DNA of 64,000 nt. Origin: Octopus vulgaris (taxonomy: Eukaryota). The notes below the pieces were generated by a model. That model was not told where the DNA came from and did not search any database. It saw only the letters and a list, made by a program, of their open reading frames with translations. A program made the position numbers and the translations under genes. Shown here piece by piece: positions 13,219 through 26,295 of the stretch; position 1 is the stretch's first letter, and each line of letters opens with the position of its first letter. The DNA lies in the NCBI GenBank assembly GCA_951406725.2, contig OX597827.1, positions 80,786,001 to 80,850,000 of the forward strand. The letters are read 5' to 3'.

Positions 13219-13281
13219 ATATGTATATAGATATATGTATATATATACATACATACATACATATATACATACATACATACA

Positions 13282-13317
<36 letters not shown>

Positions 13318-13678
13318 TAATACCTATATAGCTCCATAAATGCTCTGCCATACACATGCACTTCATGCCCTGTTATACACCTACATCCAGGTTTACTGCT
13401 ACACATACACACACACTCTCAGACAGTCACACATACACACAGCTACACAGCTATACAAAATGCACACTCACACATATATGTACAAACACACACACGCACA
13501 CACACACACATACACACACACTGCACAGCACACAGAACTTCACTTCACATTACCAGTCACACATACACACACAGACACACACATGTAAAATTGTACCAGA
13601 TGAAAGGGTCACAGTGAAAGAGAGAGGGGGAGGGGGAGAGAGAAAGAGAGAGAAGAGAGAGAGAGAGTGGAGCGAGAT

Positions 13679-13714
<36 letters not shown>

Positions 13715-13805
13715 AAACTCTGAGATGAACAATAACAGACAGATATATATGTATATATATACGTGTATGTATATGCATATAGTATATATGAATATACATT
13801 AATAA

Positions 13806-13904
<99 letters not shown>

Positions 13905-13959
13905 TACACACAGATATACATATATCTTCATGCATACATATATATAAATGTATGTATAT

Positions 13960-14024
<65 letters not shown>

Positions 14025-14044
14025 AATACATATCTATCTATCTA

Positions 14045-14156
<112 letters not shown>

Positions 14157-14339
14157 TATATATATATATGTGTGTGCATATATATATATGTGAGCCGAGA
14201 GTGGTTTGTCATCCATAAATACAGCTGAGCTTTGCATGGTGGAAGTGGAAGGAGGAGGAGGTGGGGGGGACATTGATAGACTTTAATCAATTATTAATAA
14301 CTTTAACTGGTCTCACATGCTTTCCTATTGCTGCTTCCA

Positions 14340-14371
<32 letters not shown>

Positions 14372-14547
14372 GCAGTGGTAGTAGTAGCAGTGGTAGCTGA
14401 TGTTGTTGTTAGTGTTGTTGTTGTTGTTGTTGTTGTATGGTGCTCTGTGCTTCTTCTTCTTATTGACTTTTGCTATCATTGCACATGTAAACACACACAC
14501 ACACACACATACATACATATATTCATATATATATATATATAGGCAGG

Positions 14548-14591
<44 letters not shown>

Positions 14592-14751
14592 GACAGACAC
14601 ACATACACACACAGACACATCCATGCACAAACACATGCCCACGCGCACACAGACACAAACACACACACATATAAACAGGCAGATACACTCATAAATAGAT
14701 AGATGCACACACACCCATTTATATATAGACACACACACCTACATACATATA

Positions 14752-14794
<43 letters not shown>

Positions 14795-15768
14795 TGCTGC
14801 AATTGTATATATATATACATATATATAGATAGGCACAAATATATATACAGACAGACACACATACACACACAGACACATCTATATACACACACACACACAC
14901 ACATGCCCACGCGCACACAGACACACACACACATCTGCAGAGCACAGATCTGAAAAGAAGACAGACGTTTACATGCTGGGTGTCTGTGAGAGGAGAAGAA
15001 GTGGACTAATATTGCTGACAGACATTCACCGGAGATTTACTGGTGCACCACTGACTGAGTACAGAGTACAGAGTGCAGTGTAGTGCAGCGCTGAGTACGA
15101 CGGTAGAGTACAGAGTAGAGTGGAAAGAGGGGAGGGGAAGGCAGTGGTGATGGAGGCATGGTGGGGTTGTATGTACCGGTAGAGTGCAGTGGGGGAAGAG
15201 AAAAAAGACAGAGAGAAAGAAGGAGAGAAGGAAGAGAGAGAGATACGTGTATATATGTATATATGTATATGAATATATATAAATGTATGTATAAAGTAAG
15301 AAGGTGCAAGGAAGAGAGAGAAGACAGCAAGATGCAAGATGAGACCAAATTGCTGAAGTAAACTCCAGGTAAGTTAGTACATTACATTTGTTATTGCAGT
15401 TGTAGTTGTTGTTGGGGGTGGGGTGGGGGATGGAAGAGGGGTGGGAGGTGGTGGTTGTTGTTGCTGTTGTTGTTGTCGCTTCTTTCTTGTGTCTTTGCTT
15501 ACTCAGTAACGACAAGAAATGTGTTCACCTAATCTTTATATTTCCAATGCACTTTGACACATAAACACACATGTGTGTGTCTATGCGTGTGTGGGTCTCT
15601 CTCTATACATACATACATACATATATATATACACACATATATATATGCATAAAATATATACATATTTTCATTACTATTTAGTAGAAGCAACAGAGATACT
15701 TAAGGACCTAGAGTTTCATGTTAGCACTTATCAAATATATATACACACACACACACATATATATATAG

Positions 15769-15854
<86 letters not shown>

Positions 15855-16217
15855 GTACATATATATAACTAGATATATATGTGTGTTTGTATATTTATGT
15901 ACATATACATATATATGTGTGTATATATGTGTACACACTTATGTTCTTACATGCATACATAATACATACATTCATACACACGTGCACATATATATATATA
16001 TATATACATACATACATATACGCACACACATATATATATACATATATGTATGTGTGTGTATACATATATATACATGTACATACAGATATACATGCTTACT
16101 TAGAATTCACACATACAAGCAAACCCGTACGCACACACACACACACATATATGTATACACATACATACAAGTATATGCAAACAGACAGACACACAGATAC
16201 ATAAATCCATATATATG

Positions 16218-16250
<33 letters not shown>

Positions 16251-16570
16251 ATGTGTATAAGTAAATATATATATATATGTATGTATATGTATATACACAT
16301 ACACACACGCTTAAACGCATGCATTCACTCACACACATGCATACATTGAAGCATAACTACATTCACACATGCATCCCTAAACAAATACACATGCATACGC
16401 ATTGACACACATACATCTCATCCTATTGGGCAAAGTCGTTAAGGCTGTGCCCTACAATTCTCAGCTGATCCAACGGACCAGCTGACGGCATTGGATGCAA
16501 AGGATTTCCACGGCCTGCTTGCTGTGCTAAATAAAGAATATTCAGTCACTTGTAACATAGCATAAAGCAT

Positions 16571-16630
<60 letters not shown>

Positions 16631-16839
16631 TCTTTTATTCTTTTTTTGGGTTCAGCCATTTGACTGTGGCCATGGTGGAGCACAGCCTTTAGTCAAACAA
16701 ATTGACTCCAGGACTTATTCTTTGTAAACCTAGAACTTATTCTGTCAGTCTCTTTTGCTGAACCATTAAGTTACGGGGGATGTAAACATACCAGCATCTG
16801 TTGTTAAGGGATAGTGGGGGATAACACAGACACACAAAC

Positions 16840-16880
<41 letters not shown>

Positions 16881-16905
16881 CGTATGATGATGATGATGAT
16901 GATGA

Positions 16906-16936
<31 letters not shown>

Positions 16937-16941
16937 GTATG

Positions 16942-16984
<43 letters not shown>

Positions 16985-16985
16985 G

Positions 16986-17043
<58 letters not shown>

Positions 17044-17051
17044 TGTATATG

Positions 17052-17093
<42 letters not shown>

Positions 17094-17183
17094 TATCTGA
17101 CAGGCTTCTTTCAGTTTCCATCTACCATATCCCTTCACAAGGCTTTGGCTGGCCCAAGGATACAACAGAAGACACTTGCCCAA
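16631..17183 (-). mobile_element. SINE family A with an expanded internal microsatellite
   Basis: Family A tail and middle blocks separated by a ~250-bp TA/GAT tract. Another 3' fragment lies at ~17360-17520 (-). Confidence 0.85.
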
Positions 17184-17188
17184 ACACA

Positions 17189-17312
<124 letters not shown>

Positions 17313-17683
17313 TGCCCAGGTTTGGTGATGTCAACAGGAAAAACCGAATCCAAAACATGTTTATTCTTTTATTCTTTTACTTGTTTCAGTCATTTGACTG
17401 CGGCCATGCTGGGGCACCGCCTTTTTAGTGGAGCGAATCGACCCCAGGACTTATTCTTTGTAAGCCTAGTACTTATTCTATCGGTCTTTTTTTGCCGAAC
17501 TACTAAGTTACACACCAGCACACACACACACATACATACATAACCCCCATATACATATAATATACATATATATGTATTTATTTATATTTGTGTGTGTGTG
17601 TGTGCATGTAATATGTATATATATATATATTAATATATATTTACATGTATATATGCATGCATTCACATATTTCAGTGTGTGTA

Positions 17684-17885
17684 TGGCAGAATCGTCAGCA
17701 CGCTGGGCGAAATGCTTAGCAGTATTTTGTCTGCTGTTAAGTTTTGAGTTCGAATTCCGCTGCGGTCGACTTTGCCTTTCATCCTTTTGGGGTCGATAAA
17801 ATTAGTACCAGTTACATACTGGGGTCGATGTAATTGACTTAATTCATTCCCCTAAAATTTGAGGCCTTGTGCTACCAGTAGAAAG
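17684..17885 (+). mobile_element. tRNA-derived SINE family B (central block resembles the Nin/Deu-type SINE domain)
   Basis: TGGCAGAATCGTCAGC…GAGTTCGAATTCC (B box)…GTCGACTTTGCCTTTCATCCTTTTGGGGTCGATAAAATTAGTACCAG. Matches copies at 37553-37788, 58502-58697 and 63248-63478. Confidence 0.85.
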
Positions 17886-18409
17886 GGTTTATTAAAGTTG
17901 GAAAAGTGTGACACACTCACATTCACATTTATTATATTAGGTATGTTTAATTTTGGGGAAACTTTATTTCAATTAAAGTATATTTTATATATGTGTGTGT
18001 GTGTGCGTGTATGTATTAAAAAATCAAAAAAATAATACAAAAATGACAGTGTTCAGTATGTTGGCAACAGGAATTTGTGTCAAAGAGACATGGTTAAACA
18101 AAGTCATACATCAATCACTCTCTTTCCCACTCATACCCCTCTTTCTCTCCTATTATTACTCCCACTGCCACCATCAACACTACAACTTTTAATAAAACAT
18201 CATCAACTCTCTCTAAATTTCTTTGTCTCTCTTTCTCTCCCTCTCTTTTTCTTTCTCTCTGTCTGTCTTTGCCACTGCCCTCACCGTCTCTATGCCTACT
18301 ATTACTCTGACTCCATCACGAGGAATAGTAGAAGTGTCATTGAATAGCGAGAGGGGGAGGGTCTAAGTATGACACACTGATACACAGAAATTAGTTTTTT
18401 TACATTTAT

Positions 18410-18555
18410 TGGTTGGCGTTAGGAAGGGCATCCAGCTGTAGAAACATTGCCAGATCAGACTGGGCCTGGTGCAGCCTTCTGGCTTCCCAGACCCCAGTTG
18501 AACCGTCCAACCCATGCTAGCATGGATAGCAGATGCTAAACGATGATGATAATGA
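18410..18555 (+). mobile_element. Short (GAT)n-tailed repeat sharing its 3' end with the RTE LINE
   Basis: GGTTGGCGTTAGGAAGGGCATCCAGCTGTAGAAAC…CCAACCCATGCTAGCATGG…AAACGATGATGAT. Related copies lie at ~29878-30170 (-), 30380-30505 (-), 35552-36097 (+), 43748-44000 (-) and 48280-48650 (+). Confidence 0.8.
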
Positions 18556-18752
18556 TATATATATATATATATATATATGGTTTCAAAGCAATGAAAATAT
18601 TTTGACAAATATAATTTAAATGTTGAAGTAAATCTAATGGGTTTTTTTTGTATGATTTTAAATGGCTTATAAACACCTTCCAGGCTGCCATTAATTTTGT
18701 TTCAGTACACAATCTCAGATTAAGTCACTTGCTATGCAAGTACATCTCCATA

Positions 18753-18827
<75 letters not shown>

Positions 18828-18830
<3 letters not shown>

Positions 18831-21065
18831 TCATCATCGTCGCCATCATTTAACATCCATTTTCCATGCTACCATGGGTTGGACAGTTCGACTGTGGTCT
18901 GGGAAACCAGGAGGCTGCAGCAGGCTCCAGTCTGATCTGGCAGTGTTTCTACAGCTGGATGGCATTGGCCATGTTTGGATGTGCTTTTTACGTGCCACCA
19001 GCATGGGTATCACAACTACAATTTCCATTTGATTTTCATTTTGATGTTGATATTGATGTACTTGACTCAATAGGCCTCCTCAAGCACACCAGGTCACCCT
19101 ACAATCCAAGGTACTTTGAATGGGCTGAGGCTGGTTATACAAAACTGGTGTAGGATACAACCGTGAACTCACTTTATTTGCCAGGTCTTCGCAGTCACAG
19201 TATAAACTTTGCCCAGACTATTCTTATTCTAGTGGTAACACTCTCTGAGTATCCACCCCCACTTTTTTGTATGATAACAATTTTTATAATCAAAAGGCTA
19301 ACTCCATGAGTAAACTTGGTCACCTAGGTAGCAGAAGCTATCAACTATTTCTAGTTTCTCCCCCTGGAGTGTGATGGAATCTGTTTTCTGAGTATCTGTG
19401 GTGTCTATTGCCCCTGTGCATCTGCCACACACGAAAGCTATCTTCTCAGTTAATTTTCCTTTGATGTTGCTGCACCTCTTATGTGTCCATAGCTTACACT
19501 GGGTACATCTTATGGAGTTTCTACCTACACCTTTTCTACAGATCAAGCAGGGCCACCTACCTGAGGGTGGGTGTGATGTGTTTACCTTCCTACTTACTAG
19601 AACTTTGGTCTTTGCTAAATTGACTCTAAGGTCTTTTGATTCTAAACCTAGCTTCCACACCCGAAATTTCTTTTCTAGTTCTGGTAGTGATTCTGCTATG
19701 AAGGCCAGGTCATCAGCATAGAGGAGCTCCCAGGGGCAACCCATCTTGAATTCCTCTGTTATTGCCTGGAGGACTATGATGAATAAAAGGGGGCTGAGGG
19801 CTGAACCTTGGTGGACCCCTACTTCTACCTGGAATTCTTCACTATACTCATTGTCAATCCTAACCTTACTGACAGCCTCTCTGTAAAGGGCCTGTACAGC
19901 CTTTATTAACCATTTGTCAATCCCCAGTTTCCACATCACCCACCAGATAAAGGATTGGGGGACCCTGTCAAAGGTTTTCTCCAAGTCCCCCAAAACTATA
20001 TATACTTTAGCTAGGTTTTCTCCTGCATTTGTCGAATCAGGAATATGGCATCAGTGGTGCTTCTACCCAGCATAAAACCAATCTGCATCTCATCTAATCA
20101 GACTCTTTCCCTAATGACCTTCTCCATGACCTTCATCACCTGATCCAGCAGTTTGATACCCTGTAGTTATCTATATCTAGAACATCACCTTTACCCTTGT
20201 AGCAGTTGACCATGATGATGCTACACCAGTCGTTGGGTATGACTCCATCATGAACTACCTGGTTTACAATGCGGGTGACTAGGCCATAGCCCACACCACC
20301 AGATGTTTTAAGCATCTCAACAGTGATTCCTGATGGGCCGGGAGCTTTTCCTGGCTTCATACCCTTAAATTGCTTTATCTATTAGGTAGCTGTCTATTCA
20401 GATAGCTGGTCCCTCTACTGGGTCAATATTTGGCAGGCTCTGCTCCTCCCATTCATTCTCCACATCCAGCAGTCTTTCATAATGGCTTCTCCAAGCCTAT
20501 TTCTTTTCACAATCATTAAAAGCAAGTGCACCATCATCCATGCAGACACATTTCTCTCCTGTGACATCACAATTTTCTCTCACACACTGTCTTGCAATCC
20601 GAAATACCTCAGTTCTTTGGTCTTCACGTCTCTGGACATTGGTAAATTTCTTCTTTTCTGCTTCGCCCTTGGCTATGTATACCTGCTGCCCAGCCTCCCT
20701 TTTGGCTACCTGGTACAGTTCCCTGCTACCCCCATCCTTCCAGGCTTTCCAGGCCTGTTTCTTTGCTCTAATGGCTTTGTCTACCATACTATTTCCCCAC
20801 CATGTAACTCTAGGTCTGGAAGGGACTTTGCACCATCCAGAGACTTGGTCTGTGGCACTCAGCAAGCAGTCCCGTAGGAATTTCCAGGTACCTTCTATAT
20901 CTGCTGTCTGTAGCTCCTCCTCCCTCTCATCAAATTTCTTGATGAGGATGTCCCTAAATCTCTGAACATGTGAAGGGTTCTTTAACTACCAAATCCTTCT
21001 TTTTTGGATTGGTTGCTTCTTGGTATCCTTCTGGCCTCAAGCCTAAATGACTAGCCTATGCTGGG
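18828..21065 (-). mobile_element. Decayed, 5'-truncated RTE-clade LINE (RT with a Cys/His finger in its C-terminal part)
   Basis: MKPGKAPGPSGITVEMLK; DLEKTFDRVP; GVHQGSALSPLLFIIVL; catalytic LLYADDL (ORF 19298-19993); CLICRKGVGRNSIRCTQCKLWTHKRCS…FVCGRC; 3' tail ends in (GAT)n at ~18828-18850. Confidence 0.92.
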
Positions 21066-21076
21066 GTGGTGGTAGT

Positions 21077-21122
<46 letters not shown>

Positions 21123-21288
21123 CACACATATATATATATGTATGTATACACATGTATGTATAAATGTGCTTGTATGTCTGTGTGTGTATGCATTTGTGTG
21201 TGTCTTTGTTTGACATGACATGATGATCGTAAATGAGATTCCCTGTCATAGAAGTGATGGTGTGTGCGATTAGACTCAGAAAGTTTGT

Positions 21289-21407
21289 GAGGAATTAAAT
21301 TGATTATTTTGAATTGTTAAAGAGATTCAAAGCCAGTGGACAGCAATGACGATACCGGTCTGATTTTGAATCTCTTTAACAATTCAAAATAATCAATTTA
21401 ATTCCTC
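21289..21407. repeat. Perfect 43-bp inverted repeat with a 33-nt spacer
   Basis: 21289-21331 GAGGAATTAAATTGATTATTTTGAATTGTTAAAGAGATTCAAA is the exact reverse complement of 21365-21407. Confidence 0.95.
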
Positions 21408-21597
21408 TTAATTACCTCAGTTCATCTAATTGCATTTATTTATCACTACTTTTCATTAAAAAAAGCCTTTATTGTTTTGATATCCAATGGGCAGTTTTGC
21501 TTTTTTTCTTCTTACTTTCCCCCTATCTTTTCCATGGGTAGTTTCTGTTTTCTTTTTGAAACATGTTTCTATTATATATATATATATATATATATAT

Positions 21598-22001
21598 ACT
21601 CTTTACTCTTTTACTCTTTTACTTGTTTCAGTCATTTGACTGCGGCCATGCTGGAGCACCGCCTTTAGTCGAACGAATCGACCCCGGGACTTATTCTTTG
21701 TAAGCCCAGTACCTATTCTATCGGTCTCTTTTGCCGAACCGCTAAGTTACGGGGACGTAAACACACCAGCATCAATTATCAAGCAATGCTAGGGGGACAA
21801 ACACAGACACACAAACACACACATATATATATATACATATATACGACAGGCTTCTTTCAGTTTCCGTCTACCAAATCCACTCACAAGGCATTGGTCGGCC
21901 CGGGGCTATAGCAGAAGACACTTGCCCAAGATGCCACGCAGTGGGACTGAACCTGGAACCATGTGGTTGGTTAGCAAGCTACTTACCGCACAGTCACTCC
22001 T

Positions 22002-22003
<2 letters not shown>
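21598..22003 (-). mobile_element. Full-length SINE family A
   Basis: tRNA-like head (GGAGTGACTGTGCGGTAAGTAGC…GGTTCAGTCCC), CORE-like GGCATCTTGGGCAAGTGTCTT block, internal microsatellite and family tail. Confidence 0.92.
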
Positions 22004-22047
<44 letters not shown>

Positions 22048-22049
<2 letters not shown>

Positions 22050-22262
22050 GTGCGTGTGTATATGTTTGTATGTCTGTATTTGTCTCCCCACAACATCGCT
22101 TGACAACTGATGCTGGTGCGTTTACTTAACGGTTCAGCAAAAGAGATCGATAGAATAAGTACCAGGCTTACAAAGAATAAGTCCTGGGGTTGAATTGTTC
22201 GACTAAAGGCGGTGCTCCAGCATGGCTGCAGTCAAATGACTGAAACAAGTAAAAGAATGAAA
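22048..22262 (+). mobile_element. SINE family A 3' half, inverted relative to 21598-22003
   Basis: Same tail sequence on the opposite strand. Confidence 0.88.
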
Positions 22263-22746
22263 GAATATGTGTTTATGTATGTATAAGTATATAGTCCTTA
22301 TGCGTGTATTTTCATATGTGTGTGTAGGAGTTGCTTATATAAAAAGAAGCCCGTTACTGCTTTTATCAATATCCATGAGCTTTCCCAAAGCCATGGCTTA
22401 ATTTTTTTAAAACAGACTTTACATTTATATTAATTAATTACTTATTTACCTTTAATTAATTTACTCTGGACATGCACGATTTGTTATTAACCTAAAGATT
22501 TCTTTTTGATTGAATGTTTTTTTTTTTTGATTTTATACATGATATTTATGCCTTTTTATTTTAATTGTATTTTTTAATTTTATTCTTTATTTTCTATTTA
22601 CATTTACTGTCCTAGCTTCAAAGCGTTTGGAAAAAACCGTTAGTTGAAACGACCAATCAAATTCAAATCTGTATTTGTCAATGTGCATTACACCATAATA
22701 TAGATTATGCGTATAACCTAAATCCTTGTTCCATTCTGGATCACAA

Positions 22747-22784
22747 CTGCCTGATGAATGGGAAGAGGAAACTCTGAGTAGCAG
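22747..22784 (+). ncRNA. Hammerhead ribozyme-like motif
   Basis: CUGC CUGAUGA auggga agag GAAA CUC-U-GAG UA GCAG. Stem I is CUGC/GCAG, stem III is palindromic and the GUA cleavage triplet is present; stem II is eroded. Confidence 0.55.
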
Positions 22785-22854
22785 ATTATTGCTATAGTTT
22801 TTGCAACTTTAATAATAAAGTGGGCTACAGAATCAAGGGACAAGTCTCTAGGAT

Positions 22855-22857
22855 AGA

Positions 22858-22934
<77 letters not shown>

Positions 22935-23160
22935 TGGAGGAGAGGGAGATGGTGGGAAAGAAAGATGGTGAAAAGAGCAGAGGATGGGAGAGAGGCAGAA
23001 ATGGGGGGAAGGGGAGGGAAGGTAGGAAAGAGGGAAGGTTGGAGGATGGGAGAGAGGGTAGGAGATAGGGAAAAGGGGAGGGAGGGTGAGAAAGAGGGAG
23101 GGTATGAGAGAGGGTGAGGGAGAGATAGGGAGGGAGAGAAAGAGAGGGAGGGTGGGAGTG
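22855..23160. repeat. Polypurine (GA)n/GGA-rich tract
   Basis: Near-pure purine strand. Similar tracts at ~28735-29065, 41575-41700 and 62700-62960. Confidence 0.9.
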
Positions 23161-23739
23161 AGTGTTATTAATGGCTAGTGTATTGATTGAAGAAGGGTTA
23201 AAGGTTGTGAGACCACATGCTTAAATCCAGAGAGGTTTGTGTGGTACATTTCAATAATGGAAACTTATCCAGTTGCTTACATTTAGTGAAAATTTCAGAT
23301 ATAGATTTTAGTAGGTGAACTCATCTGTAAAACCAATCTGCCAGAGGAATTATCTTTATGTAAAATAAAAAATTAAACTAAATCATATGTATCTAATGGA
23401 TAATTCCTAAGAGTAAGTCAATTAGTGAGCAAGATAAGGAAGTTCTGAGGTGTAGAGGGACACGAACCAGAAGCAGTCATCAAAGGCATAATGACTTCTG
23501 TCTCGGGAGCATAAAAGTATATGAGTGTGAGAGACTTGTAGACTAAACATTATATTTCAGTCATTAGGTAATTCTATGTATTAATGGAATGGTAGAATGC
23601 AATCAAATGTATTATGCATTACAAAAGGGAAATACAAGTTATAAATTATATAAATTGAGTGGCTTCAGACTGATCAGTTAATTTGTGGTTTGAGTATTCA
23701 TAGTGTATAGGTACAATTTATTTCTGAGATGCTGATATT

Positions 23740-24780
23740 CCATAATCAATATATCACATTGATTAATAATATTCAATTTTATTCTACTGATATGGAATGC
23801 TTTAGATACTCAAAGCCTGCACCATTTACCCCTACCCTTATATGGCTGTGTTTTGCGAACAATGACCCAATCAATTTATATTCAGTGTTATGAGCTGAGA
23901 GAGAATGCCCAAGTTTAGCCAAAGATCTACTACTAGTCATATTTTTATACCTATCTGTAGATTTGTGATTATTCAAGAGAAATATAAATATGGAAGAGGA
24001 TGCAGCTATGTAAAATGTTCTCTACCAGGTACAGTAATGGAACACTTATACACCAGGTTTTGCCTTAGGCATTGGTTGTTGATTTGACATAGTGATTTAT
24101 TTCAGCAGTTACACAAAACACATTATCATTTGTAATTCTATAATTAGAACCAGGTGAATCAGTCTGTTTATCAGTTGCATTATTTATGGTATTGTGGTTC
24201 TTTATAGAGTCCAGTGTAGTGTTATTACAAGGATGGGGTTGACAGTTACAGTGTTACTAGTTACACAGTTTAATTTTTCACGATTAAATCTCACTATGTA
24301 TTTGATGTTTTGGAGTGAGCCAGTTTAACTGTGTGTCTATTGAAAAGTTTATGGATGCATGGAAGTGTCAGTCAAAAGATTGGGAAAATTTACCAGCCAC
24401 ATTTGAAGCACCATTTAGATTGAAAGGGGGGGGGTTGAACTACAAAATACACTTATATAATCTATTACTTCAACCTTGTTTCTGCAAACTTTTGTAGGTC
24501 TCGTGTAACTTGGTTATTATTTGTACTCCCTGGTTTATTATGATAATAGCTGCCATTCTAAGTAATATCATTCTGTTTTCCCTTAATATTATTAGATACA
24601 GGTACTGAGTTATTGTTGTTATTGTTGCTGTTCTTCTTCTTAGCAGTAGAAGTAATACTTTCACTATTATTAATTTTAATTGTCAGTTCCCAGTTATTTT
24701 TGTTTCTATTTTAAATCTTATTCCTATTTACAATTATATTATACTTATGGCAGGGATCACTCATACCAACATTACTAACA
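23740..24780 (-). mobile_element. Penelope-like element remnant: linker and GIY-YIG endonuclease
   Basis: Minus-strand translation from ~24113 with frameshifts: CNC*NKSLCQINNQCLRQNLVYKCSIT…YIA…LNNHKS…SLAK…IDWVIVRKTQPYKGRGKWCRL*V. This matches the Cys-rich linker plus GIY-YIG pattern of Penelope-like elements. Confidence 0.8.
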
Positions 24781-24834
24781 TTATTATGACCACATAATCT
24801 ACAACTGTAATAATCATCATTATTTATCTTCTTA

Positions 24835-25245
24835 CCCATTGAAAAGCTAAGATATATTCACAGAGATTCCAACCAGCCGCCTGTCATTTAAAAAACCTAG
24901 TCTCCAATATAAGCCAAAGGATCTCCAGCTTATCTCCTTCTAAAGAGATGTATGATAAGGCAGTCCCTTACTATAATAAAGCACTTGAAGGTAGCAGATT
25001 TAAAGATAAAATTAAGCATATGCCTAATCCTAAACTACGGATAAAAAAGCAAAAACAGAAGTAGGGAAATTATCTGGGTCACATTTCCCTTCTCCCTAAA
25101 CCGTGAAGATTAACATTGGCAGAAACTCCTCAAACCTAACAGATAAGCATTAACTCCCTCAACATAAATATAGTAAGATATTCAGTAGGCATTCAGTGAA
25201 AATCAGCCATTCCTGCAGAAACCTCCATGAGGTCAAAGATCACCC
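24835..25245 (+). mobile_element. Penelope-like element remnant: RT thumb/C-terminal extension, inverted relative to the GIY-YIG part
   Basis: YIHRDSNQPPVI.KNLVSNISQRISSLS…AVPYYNKALEGSRF…REIIWVTFPFSLN.VKINIGR…DKH…HKYSKIFSRHSVKISHSC. Confidence 0.82.
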
Positions 25246-25851
25246 AGAAAGTCAAATCAAAAGGAAACCTGTCCCTTTTCTGCTTTCTCTCTGTCTTTTT
25301 TCCTCTCTCTGTCCCTTACTCTGATGCATTCTGCTTTCTCTTTCCCACTTTCTTCTCCTCTATCTCTGTCCCTTCTCCCCCTCTCTCCTTCTTCTCCCCT
25401 CCCACTACTCTTCTTTCGTTTTCTCCTTCTTCCCTCTCTCTCGCAGTTCCCATCACATGAACCAATCTCAGACAAATGTCTTCTGCCATTTAGTTTCAAT
25501 CCTTTACCTTTTAAGTTCAAATCCTTCCACAGTCAACTCGGTTTTCCATTGTCCCTTGATAAAATAAATTCCAGTCATATCCTTGGAACAGTTCTGTCAA
25601 TTGCTCCTGGAGTCTTTTAGATTTCTTCAGGCAAGGCACTATCTCTGAGGATCCTCCAAACAAACCTTGTCCACATTGCTTTGCTTTAAAGATGGACAGC
25701 AGTGTAAACCCTAATGCCTGAGTCATCCCTGATTTTAGGTTTGGGGGACATGGCTCCATGTTGCCCTAGTGAAAGAAAGCACACACTATGGTGTGGACTT
25801 GGTTCTAATTCTACAACTGATAAAATGGTTTGGGTGCCGGGACAAGGAGGC

Positions 25852-26295
25852 ACAGGCATGGCAGAGTGGTAAGAAGCTTGCTTCTCAGCCACATGGTTCT
25901 AGGTTCAGTTCCATTGTGTGGCACCTTGGACAAGTGTCTCCAAGTATAACTTCAGGTTGATCAGAATCCTGTGAGTGGATTTTGTACATGGAAACTGAAA
26001 GAAGCCCATCATATATATATGAATATATATATGCATGTGTGTGTGTTTTTGTGTCTGTGTTTGTTCCCCCACCATCAATGATTGACAACTAGAGTTGTCA
26101 AGCGGTGACAGGGGTGGGGACAAACACAGATAGAGTTGTCAACCTCGTGGTTCAGCAAAAAAGACTGATAGAATAAGTACTAGGCTTTAAAAAAAAACAA
26201 GTCTTGGGGGTCAATTTGTTTGAGTAAAACCTTTCAAGGGAGTGCTCCAGCATTGGCTGCATTCAAATAATTGAAACAAGTAAAAGAATAAAGTA
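25852..26295 (+). mobile_element. SINE family A, diverged
   Basis: Head GGCAGAGTGGTAAGAAGCTTGC…GGTTCAGTTCC, GGAAACTGAAAGAAGCCC block and tail GAAACAAGTAAAAGA. Confidence 0.85.
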
